The position numbers and the translations under genes are program-made. From NCBI RefSeq assembly GCF_004010195.1, contig NC_057728.1, positions 8,332,704 through 8,379,122 of the forward strand: a DNA stretch of 46,419 bases, in the 5' to 3' direction. Below, in pieces: positions 37,358 to 46,419 of this stretch (within the stretch, counting starts at the first letter, position 1; each line of letters opens with the position of its first letter). This DNA is from Chiloscyllium plagiosum. Its lineage: Eukaryota. The notes under the pieces are model-generated. The model saw nothing but the letters and a program-made list of their open reading frames with translations, searched no databases and was not told the DNA's origin.

Positions 37358-37916
37358 TTTGATAGAATTCCACACAAGCGACCAATAGAGTTGAGGGCAA
37401 ATTACTGACATGGCTTGGAAATTGGTTGAGTGGCAGGCAACAGAAAATAGGGCTAATAGGCAGGCTATGACCAGAGGTGTCTCACAAGGACATTTGTTAG
37501 GGCCTCAATTATTCACATTATTTATTTGTAACCTGGGTAACGGCACAGAAAGTCACGTGTCCAGGTTTGCTAATGGCATAAAGTTAGATGGCATTGTAGA
37601 CAGTGTAGAATGATAATGTAAAATTGCAAAGGGATGTTGATAGAGTAAGTGAATATGCAAAACAATGGCAAATGACATTCACTGTAAACAAATGTGCAGT
37701 CAGCCTTTGGAAAAGAATAAGTCAGGATGCTTTATTGATGGTGTGAAGTTAAATACAGTGGATGTCCAAAGAGACTGAGAGGTTCGGGTGCATTGATCTT
37801 CAAAATGTCACACATAGGTGCAGAAAATAATCAAGACAGCTAATGGAATGCTGGCCTTTATATCTCGATGACTGAAGTATAAAAGTGCAGAAGTTATCTG
37901 CAGTTACAGAAAACTT

Positions 37917-38382
37917 AGGGTGTAGGTTTGCTCGCTGAGCTGTAGGTTTGATATCCAGACATTTCATTACCTGGCTAGGTAACATTGTCAGTGGCGACCT
38001 CCAAGTGAAGCGAGGCTGTTGTCTCCTGCTTTCTATTTATATGTTTGTCCTGGATGGGGTTCCTGGGGTTTGTGGTGATGTCATTTCCTGTTTGTTTTCT
38101 GAGGGATTGATAGATGGTATCTAGATCTATGTGTTTGTTTATGGCGTTGTGGTTGGAGTGCCAGGCCTCTAGGAATTCTCTGGCATGTCTTTGCTTAGCC
38201 TGTCCCAGGATAGATGTGTTGTCCCAGTCGAAATGGTGTTTTTTTCCATCCGTGTATAGGGCTACGAGGGAGAGAGGGTCGTGTCTTTTTGTGGCTAGCT
38301 GGTGTTCGTGTATCCTGGTGGCTAACTTTCTTCCTGTTTGTCCTACGTAGTGTTTGTGGCAGTCCTTGCATGGAATTTTGTA
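37917..38382 (-). mobile_element. Penelope/Poseidon-type PLE 3' fragment (GIY-YIG) with mutated hammerhead at 37955-37994
   Basis: YKIPCKDCHKHYVGQTGRKLATRIHEH; near-identical to 42517-42962; core CTGACAA...GAAATGTC. Confidence 0.9.
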
Positions 38383-38810
38383 GTTATAAACAACCTTTGT
38401 TAAACCCCATTTAGAGTACTGTGAGCAGATCTGGGCACCACACCTTAGGAAAGATAGATTGGGCAATGAATAGGAAGGGTTGAGGGGGATATGGGCCAAA
38501 TGCTGGCAAATGGGACGAGATTCATTTAGAATATCTGGTCGGCATGGACAAGTTAGACCAAAGGGTCTGTTTCCGTGCTATGCATCTCTATGACTCTATT
38601 GGCATGACCTCTTTGAATGGTGGAACAGGATCAAGGGGCTGAATAGTCTGCTCCTGTTCCTATATTCATGTGTGAAAGGAGGAGCAGATAAAGACAGGAA
38701 AGGAAAAGAAGATTGGGAGGAGGCTTCAGTAGATTGTAAGCACTATGGTGGACCAGTTGGGTTTGTGTTATAAACTCTCTCTAATTTGTCTTGTGCTGCA
38801 TTTATTGTAG

Positions 38811-38938
38811 GATGTCCATTTGGTTCAATGGCACTTTGGAGATTCGGGATCTGTCTAAGGCCGATGAGGGAGTCTATACCTGTTTTGCAGAGAACAACAG
38901 GGGAAAGGCTAACAGCAGTGGCACTTTAACAGTGACCG
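38811..38938 (+). CDS. CNTN1: Contactin exon, Ig5: MSIWFNGTLEIRDLSKADEGVYTCFAENNRGKANSSGTLTVT
   Basis: ttgtag acceptor, G|gtaagg donor; 128 nt, phase 2/1; YTCFAENNRGKANS matches CNTN1 as recalled. Confidence 0.95.
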
Positions 38939-39897
38939 GTAAGGGAGCAAAGCTTTGCCACAGAGTTATTTTAAACTGCCATTTTTAACTGAAGACTTTG
39001 GATCTCTTATTTTCAATTAAAAAATGTTCCTGAATATCTTTCCCTGGAAACCTAATTCTTTTCACGTCTGCCAAGTAATATTGCATCATCCAGTTTATCC
39101 CCTCGAGCTAGCTTTTAATAAAAGGACTAGATTGGTACAAGCGTAGTTCATGAAAGGGTTTGGTAATCTGCTACTTTCTGATGCATAACTCCCAATGTAA
39201 AATTAAATTGGTTCAAAACTGGATTGAAGCTCCTGGAGATCATAAGCACAGTTCAGTGTAAAATTTGAAGTGAACCCAACAGAGTAAAGACCAACTTCTT
39301 AACTTAAAAAAACCCTGGCTTAAATTTACAGTCATGATCCCCCTGTCCTAGGCTTCCCGATGAGCAGAAAAGGTTTCCTTTTATTTACCCTGTCAATGCT
39401 TTTCAAGATTCTCCATGCCACAGTAAATTCATCCCTATCCCAGCTAATACAAACCTAGTTTATGTGATCTCTCCTCAGAGTTGCACTCATGGATTTCTGT
39501 GAACATTTTTGTCATTCTGTGTTCCTTCTGGTATACAAAGATCATTGTCCAACCTGACTGCCACATCTCAGTTATAGTCCAAGGAGGATTTTGTATAGCT
39601 GTAATGGTATTTCCATCCCCTTTATACACTTTTGAATACAAATAAAATCTACTAAACTAATTAGCTAATTGTACCAAAAAAACAAATTTAAGTTTATATT
39701 AGAATGTTGCTTCAGTGGGAGATCATGGACTCCAGCCCCTGTGATGCAAAGCCAGACATGCACCAGTGGGCACCATGTCATCCTCTTTCAAGGTCATCTG
39801 GGCACAAACATAATATTGAAGTGAGGCAGGTACTTGGGTCTAACAACCCCAAGCATAGCCCGCTGTTTGAACCCGTTATTTGCCCCACTAGTTATCC

Positions 39898-40133
39898 AGA
39901 TTAGAATAGTGCTGGAAAAGCACAGCAGGTCAGGCAGCATCAGAGGAGCAGGAAAATCGATGTTCCAGGCAAAAGCCCTTCATCAGGAATGGCTTCGTCG
40001 GATTCCTGATGAAGGGCTTTTGCCTGAAACGTCGATTTTCCTGCTCCTCGGATGCTGCCTGAACTGCTGTGCTTTTCCAACACCACTCTAATCTAGACTC
40101 TGATCTCCAGCATCTGCAGTGCACACTTTCTGC
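39898..40133. mobile_element. Palindromic head-to-head PLE pLTR element with two hammerhead motifs
   Basis: 93-bp arms 39898-39990 and 40002-40094 (7 mismatches), 11-nt spacer, candidate TSD agttatcca/agtgatcca. Confidence 0.85.
40002..40037 (+). ncRNA. Minimal hammerhead ribozyme motif, core intact
   Basis: attc CTGATGA a GGGC tttt GCCT GAAAC GTC gatt. Confidence 0.7.
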
Positions 40134-40899
40134 GAGTGATCCAAACTAACGTTCCATTTTGGTTACTTCCAGAAATTAATTTGAACTTGAACTAGTTGGT
40201 TTATCCTCTGATATTTGCGATCTTACTCATCTCTCTGTTGAGACTCTTGTAATGCCTTATTTCAAGGCTTTCTTCATATCTCATTCCGCTGACATTATTA
40301 ATTAGACTCTGGGCTCTTTTGATCAGCTTAAATAGCGCCCCCTGTGGTTTATTAATGCAAAGGCTCAAGGCAAGAACATTGCAATTTAGTTATGACCTCA
40401 GAAAAAGCTAATCATTTCACCAGATTGTCCATTAAATCCAGAAGAATCCAAATTTAGCGATCTCCGATCGAGTAACCTGTGCTGAAGAGCAAAGTAGATT
40501 CCTGATCCAGGTTAATGAAGACATTTTTGGAAAAACCTTACATGTTGAGCAATAAGGAAGTGAAAGAAGTCAGATGTATATTTAGATCAGTGCTCATAGC
40601 ACTCGCACAATTTGTTTCTTCTGTTAGAAGTGGCAAACCTATTCTTCCTTGATAAATCATCTCCAGCTATCCCACTTCTCATCACATTATTCAGATAATT
40701 TTTTCTCAACACTTCTTCCTCTTCACTAACCCTCCTTTCATTTAGATTCTTCTGCCCTTTCTCCAAAACCACAGCTAATTGTCCCCTAATCCCATTTATA
40801 CAAAATAGGGGGACTAGCTACACCACCTCCATGTGAGAGTTTAGCAACTTGATGTATTTCCTGACCTTTGCAACAATTATGAGAAACTGTGGACTGGAC

Positions 40900-41570
40900 A
40901 AAAATCTGATATTAGCTCAATTGCCTGATGTGCACCTTCTAACGTGCGTGAAGTCCGTTTCATCCATCACCCCTGTTCCCTCTGATCTACATTGCCATCC
41001 AGTCCACCAAAACCTTGGTTTTAATATCCTCACCTCGGTATTGAACACTGTCTACCTTTCCATATCTCACTGATCTTCTCCAGCCACTCAACCCTTGGAG
41101 AACTCTGCATTCCTCAAATATGCACAATTCCCTTTGGTCCACATTGACAGTTGAGTCTGCAGTCAAGATTAGAGTGGTGCTGGAAAAGCACAGCAGGTCA
41201 GGCAGCATCCGAGGAGCAGGAAAAATCAACGTTTCAGGAATGATGAAGGGCTTTTGCCCGAAATGTCAATTTTTCCTGTTCCTTGGATGCAGCCTAACCT
41301 GTTGTGCTTTTCCAGCACCACTCTCATCGTGACTCTGATCGCCAGCATCTGCAGTACTCACTTCCACCCAGTTAAGTCTGCAGCCATTTGATCCTGAGCT
41401 GTGGAACTCTCTCCTTAATCTTCTCTTTCCTCTTCAATATTCTGCTTAGAATCTGTCTCTCTCATCAGGCTTTCTGTTGTGAACCCTCATATCGCTTTCC
41501 TTGGCTTATTATCAATTTGTCTTCAATTACATCTCTGTAAAGCGCTTTGACATGTCTCCTAGACACAAAA
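40900..41570 (+). mobile_element. Degenerate L2 LINE 3' region (hosts the palindrome at 41163-41368)
   Basis: ITPVPSDLHCHPVHQNLGFNIL resembles L2 ITPVL..LHWLPV..RI.FKIL; tail tgtaaagcgctttga. Confidence 0.6.
41163..41368. mobile_element. Second palindromic PLE pLTR element
   Basis: Arms ~41161-41235 and 41260-41334 around a damaged hammerhead core (atgatgaagggcttttgcccgaaatgtc); 15-bp TSD cagtt(g/a)agtctgcag at 41148-41162 and 41369-41383. Confidence 0.85.
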
Positions 41571-42087
41571 TACATGCCATTTGTTGTTGATGTCATTTTG
41601 CCAGTACTAACTGAGTTTCTTTGGCTTTTACCATGTGATAATTTCAAAGTCACATCCTCCCTTGCTGATGCAGTGTAATGCTACACAAGCAAGCAACATA
41701 ATCCAGACGTTGGTCAAGATCCTGTGAAATGGGAGTTAGTGTGGACGGAACAATTTTGTGTAACTGCATACTTTACAGGATAGGAACTTTACTTGGGAGC
41801 AACAAGAGAGCTTTTTCAGCGCAGCATTAGTTATTGGAGTAGATGATTAAAATTAATATTTTAAAAAGCCCATGAGGAGTAAGGAGTTTGTTTGAAAACC
41901 TTTACAAACTAGCTGCCAGCACCCACAGTGTCCCATCAGCTTTCATGTTTTGTCTCCCATTTGAACACAAAGTACACATGGCTTACAGTTCCACATTCTT
42001 CTTTGGCTCATGCTTTTTGGAAAGTTTTCAAGATGTTTAGATGTTGTAAATATGTTGGTTTTACATTTCTTCTTTTTGTCCTTACAG

Positions 42088-42263
42088 AACCCACCAGAAT
42101 CACTCTTGAGCCATCGAACATTGATATTACTGTAGGGGAAAATGGCACGATGGAGTGCCATGCATCTCATGATCCCATCCTGGACCTGTCATTAGTCTGG
42201 TCAACAAATGGTTATACCATTGACTTTGAGAAAGAGAAAGACTACATGGAACGCAGGATAGAG
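42088..42263 (+). CDS. CNTN1: Contactin exon, Ig6: EPTRITLEPSNIDITVGENGTMECHASHDPILDLSLVWSTNGYTIDFEKEKDYMERRIE
   Basis: ccttacag acceptor, GAG|gtaagt donor; 176 nt, phase 1/0; DITVGEN and NGY.IDF motifs. Confidence 0.95.
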
Positions 42264-42533
42264 GTAAGTGTCCAGAGGTAAAGGTCATTAAAATGTCCTT
42301 GTCACGTGCTGATCTAGGTTATTTTCATTGAACAACATTCTCATCACAGGTTATCACTGCAATCATCAATCAAATCAACTACCTTCCATTTAATGTCAGA
42401 CCACAGAACACTAATGTTTGCATAATTACAATATGTACCCAGACTCAATGGCAATACCTAGACTGGTGTTAATTTCCTGAAGGAATCAGAAATTTAGCAG
42501 AGTTCTATTATCTCTTGGGTGTCGGTTTGATAT

Positions 42534-42573
42534 CCAGACGTTTCATTACCTGGCTAGGTAACATCATCAGTGG
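42534..42573 (-). ncRNA. Intact minimal type I hammerhead ribozyme
   Basis: Reverse complement: cca CTGATGA t GTTACCT agcc AGGTAAT GAAAC GTC tgg; stem I cca/tgg, 7-bp stem II, palindromic ACGU stem III, GUC site. Confidence 0.8.
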
Positions 42574-43224
42574 CGACCTCCAAGTGAAGCGAAGCTGTTG
42601 TCTCCTGCTTTCTATTTATATGTTTGTCCTGGATGGGGTTCCTGGGGTTTGTGGTGATGTCATTTCCTGTTTGTTTTTTGAGGGATTGATAGATGGTATC
42701 TAGATCTATGTGTTTGTTTATGGCGTTGTGGTTGGAGTGCCAGGCCTCTAGGAATTCTCTGGCATGTCTTTGCTTAGCCTGTCCCAGGATAGATGTTTGT
42801 CCCAGTCGAAATGGTGTTTTTTTTCCCTCCGTGTGTAGGGCTACGAGGGAGAGAGGGTCGTGTCTTTTTGTGGCTAGCTGGTGTTCGTGTATCCTGGTGG
42901 CTAACTTTCTTCCTGTTTGTCCTACGTAGTGTTTGTGGCAGTCCTTGCATGGAATTTTGTAGATAACGTTGGTTTTATCCATGGGTTGTACTGGGTCTTT
43001 TAAGTTTGTTAGCTTTTGTTTGAGAGTGTTGGTGGGTTTGTGTGCTACTAGGATTCCCAGGGGTCTTAGTAGTCTGGCTGTCATTTCTGAAACTTCGTTG
43101 ATGCATGGTAAGGTGGTTAGGGTTTCTGGCTGTGTTGGTCTGCTTGTCGTGGTTTGTTCTTGAGGAATCTGCGAACCACCTATACAACGTATTCAAGAAG
43201 AACGGATACTCAAAAAAATACAGT

Positions 43225-43591
43225 NNNNNNNNNNNNNNNNNNNNNNNNNNNNNNNNNNNNNNNNNNNNNNNNNNNNNNNNNNNNNNNNNNNNNNNNNNNN
43301 NNNNNNNNNNNNNNNNNNNNNNNNNNNNNNNNNNNNNNNNNNNNNNNNNNNNNNNNNNNNNNNNNNNNNNNNNNNNNNNNNNNNNNNNNNNNNNNNNNNN
43401 NNNNNNNNNNNNNNNNNNNNNNNNNNNNNNNNNNNNNNNNNNNNNNNNNNNNNNNNNNNNNNNNNNNNNNNNNNNNNNNNNNNNNNNNNNNNNNNNNNNN
43501 NNNNNNNNNNNNNNNNNNNNNNNNNNNNNNNNNNNNNNNNNNNNNNNNNNNNNNNNNNNNNNNNNNNNNNNNNNNNNNNNNNNNNNNNNNN
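43225..43591. other. Assembly gap (367 N)
   Basis: Run of n. Confidence 0.99.
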
Positions 43592-44489
43592 TTCTTTCGA
43601 CTGTGACGTCCAGGAATGCGAGTTTGTTGTCGGTTTCTTCCTCCTTGGTGAACTTTATGCCTGTGAGGGTGTTGTTGATGATGTTAAATGTCTCTTCTAT
43701 CTTGTTTCATTTTGTGATGACAAAGGTGTTATCTACGTAGCGGACCCAGATTTTTGGTTTGATGGTTGGTAGGGCTGTTTGTTTTAGTCTTTGCATTACC
43801 GCTTCTGCTATGAATCCTGATAGCATGGGTGATCCCATGGGTGTGCCATTGGTTTGTTTGTAGACTATGTTGTTGAAGGTGAAGTGGGTGGTAAGGCACA
43901 GGTCCACTAGCTTCATGATGTTTTTGTTGGTACTGTGATTGGTGGTTGGTGTGTGTGTGATGCTCTCTTCTAAAAGTGTGGTAAGTGTTTCCTTTGCCAG
44001 GTCGCTTTTGATGGAAGTGAACAGTGCTATTACGTCGAATGAGATCATTGTTTCATCTTCCTCTATTTTGGTGTTTTTGATGATTTTTAGGAATTCCTGG
44101 GTGGAGTGGATGGAGTGTTGTGACTCTTCTACTAGGTACTTCAGTCTTGCGTGTAGTTCTTTGGCCAGTCTGTAAGTTGGTGTTCCGGGTAGTGAGACTA
44201 TGGGTCTGAGGGGGGCTCCTGATTTATGGATTTTTGGTAGTCTGTAGAATCGTGGGGTGTTGGTCCCATCTGATTTCATTTTCTGGAATTCCGTCTTGTT
44301 TAATTGTCCAGAATTGTGTAATTTTTTTAGGAGATATGTAATTTTGTTTCCGAATTGTGGGGTTGGGTCTAGCGCCACCTGTTGGTAGGTGTTGGTGTCT
44401 GCGAGTAGTACATTGGCTTTCTCTATGTAGTCCCTTCTGTTCAGGATGACTGTGAGCCGACCTTTGTCTATTATCTCTTTTTTTGGCTT

Positions 44490-45772
44490 GAGAACATGGA
44501 ACATTACAGCACAGTATAGGCACTTTGGCCCTCCATGTTGCACCAACCCATGAAACCAATCTAAAGCCCATCTAACCTACACTATTCCATTATCATCAAA
44601 ATGTTTATCCAATGACCATTTAAATGCCCTTAAAGTTGGCAAGTCCACTACTGTTGCAGGCGGGGTGTTCTACTCCCCTATTACTCTCTGAGTAAAGAAC
44701 CTACCTCTAACATCTGTCCCATATCTATGACCCTGAAATTTAAAGCTATGTCCCCTCATGCTAGCCATCACCATCTGAGGAAAAAGGTTCTCACTGTCCA
44801 CACTATCTAAACCTCTGATCATCTTATATGCCTCTATTAAATCACCTCTTAACCTTCTTCTCACTTAACGAAAACAGCCTCAAGTCCCTCAGCCTTTCCT
44901 CATAAGACCTTCCCTCCATACCAGGCAACATCCTGGTAAATCTCCTTTACACCCTTTCCAATGCTTCCACATTCTTGATATAATGCGGCGACCAGAACTG
45001 TATGCCATACTCCAAGTGCGGCCGCACTAGAGTTTTGTACAGCTGCAGCATGATCCCATGGCTCCAAAGCTCAATCCCTCTACCAATAAAAGCTAACACA
45101 CCGTACACCACCTTAACAACCCTATCAATTGGGGTGGCAACTTTTAGGCATCTCTGCTCATCTACACTACCAAGAATCTTGCCATTAGCCCAGGACTCTT
45201 TATTCATGTTACTCCTTCCAACGTGAATCATCTCATACTTCTCCGCATTAAACTCCATTTGCCACCTCTCAATCCAGCTCTGCTGCTTATCTATGTCCCT
45301 CTGTAACCTGCAATATCCTTCAGCACTGTCCACCCACCTTAGTGTCATCTGCAGATTTACTAACCCATCCTTCTGTGCCCTCATCCAGGTCATTTATAAA
45401 AATGACAAACAGCAGTGGCCCCAAAACAGATCTTTATGGTACACCACTAGTAACTGAACTCCAGGATGAACATTACCCATCAACCACCACCCTCTATCTT
45501 CTTTCAGCTAGCCAATTTCTGATTCAAACTGCTAAATCACCTTCAATCCCATGCCTCCGTATTTTCTGCAATAGCCGGCCATGGGGAGTCTTACCAAATG
45601 CCTTACTGAAAGTCACATGCACCCCATCAACTGCTTTACTGTCATCCACCTGTTTGGTCACCATCTTAAAGAACTCTGTAAGATTTGTGAGGCAAGACCT
45701 ACCCTTCACAAAACCGTGTTGACTATCCCTAATCAAATTATTCCTTTCTAGATGATTTATGTATCCCATCTC
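44490..45772 (-). mobile_element. CR1 LINE (second subfamily), 5'-truncated
   Basis: QHGFVKGRSCLTNLTEFF, FSKAF, WQMEFNAEK, LYKTLVRPHLEY, LRGDLIEAYKMIRG; atgttct-type tail. Confidence 0.92.
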
Positions 45773-46204
45773 TTAGGTTTTGTTTGATTTTGTCAGGTGT
45801 CCCACAATGTGACATGGTAGTTGGGGAAAATTCTGGCTAGGATGTTCCACAGGTCATGTTTTCCTGCCTGTAGTCATGGATAAAATGAACGAGAAATTGT
45901 TTTCTGACAGTAAGCTAATGTTTTGCAAAGATGGTTTAGGTCCATTTTCTACTTCTCTAATTTACACATTGCTCTACATTTCCTTGTGTCCACCACTGTT
46001 TCTGTTGTTTGAATGGATATTTGGAAAGGGAATTTTTCCCAGACGAGATTTGAGTCCATTTGGCAAGATAAATAGTATACAAGTGACATCAGCACTCCTC
46101 TCCCTTCCTGTAGTTGCTGCAGCCTCCAATATCCAAGTCCCACTTGCCCATGGTGGGACATAACTGTGGTCCCTTCATTTAGAAATCCTTCCTTTGACAG
46201 ATTC

Positions 46205-46419
46205 AGCAGCTGAAACTTTATTGTTGGAACAGCACAGCAGGTCAGGCAGCATCTAGGGAACAGAAGATTCGACGTTTCGGGCACATGCCCTTCTTCAGGA
46301 ATGAGCAGAGAGTGTTCAGCAGGAGAAGATAAAAGGTAGGGAGGAGGGACTTGGAGGAGGGGCGTTGGAAATGTGATAGGTGGAAAGAGGTCAAGGTGAG
46401 GGTAATAGGTCGGAGTAGG
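46205..46419 (-). mobile_element. 3' end (pLTR) of a Neptune-like PLE running off the window edge
   Basis: Reverse complement matches 2925-3125 (ctccgaccta...attcctga...gatgctgcctgacctgctg). Confidence 0.8.
46267..46302 (-). ncRNA. Intact minimal type I hammerhead ribozyme
   Basis: Reverse complement: attc CTGAAGA a GGGC atgt GCCC GAAAC GTC gaat; perfect stem I attc/gaat, 4-bp stem II, GUC site. Confidence 0.8.

Larger units (their letters stand above)
36900..38670 (+). mobile_element. Old CR1 LINE with nested SINE, PLE fragment and a younger CR1 tail (38460-38600)
   Basis: GVSQGHLLGPQLFTLFI..SRFANGIKL; ttagagtactgtgagcagatctgggcacca. Confidence 0.75.
42517..44470 (-). mobile_element. Penelope/Poseidon-type PLE (RT + GIY-YIG), broken by an assembly gap
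   Basis: TPRFYRLPKIHKSGAPLRPIVS, SFDVIALFTSI, QTNGTPMGSP, WVRYVDNTFVI; NVIYKIPCKDCHKHYVGQTGR. Confidence 0.92.

Noticed and set aside
40333-40348. CTCF-like tagcgccccctgtggt
   Set aside because: Only the AGGGGGCGCTA half matches; the 5' part of the core is out of register.
43105-43740. 211-aa and 150-aa ORFs
   Set aside because: Artefacts of reading through the N gap.
43707-44546. 279-aa RT ORF as a functional or domesticated gene
   Set aside because: The start comes from the adjacent CR1 tail, the catalytic YVDD is YVDN, and the ORF stops prematurely.
3046-46302. Fully intact, unmasked hammerheads occur only antisense to contactin, suggesting selection against pre-mRNA cleavage
   Set aside because: Only about 10 copies, and most antisense copies are also broken by CpG decay; no statistical support.

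Overview
This is vertebrate genomic DNA, almost certainly from a shark (HE1/V-SINE-type SINEs, CR1/HER1-type LINEs), not prokaryotic. It contains nine internal + strand coding exons (3977-42263, 1304 nt, all GT-AG, phases consistent) of a contactin gene spanning Ig2 into Ig6. The protein is most like CNTN1, but its Ig4 has CNTN2-like length and sequence. The introns are dense with retroelements: Penelope-like elements (PLEs) of two types, CR1, L2, Tx1/L1, solo LTRs and tRNA-derived SINEs. There is one 367-N gap. The strongest non-coding signal is about 10 minimal type I hammerhead ribozyme motifs (CUGANGA + 1 nt, stem II, GAAAC-GUC) in PLE terminal repeats, with covarying stem II. They occur at full PLE ends, as a 94-nt TSD-flanked ribozyme-only insertion, and as TSD-flanked head-to-head palindromes. 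Also notable: three Tx1 3' ends stacked at one 13-bp site in an LTR TATA box, and a 139-bp Tx1-tail insertion flanked by a perfect 219-bp duplication. Family and orthology names come from recalled sequence features, not database searches.
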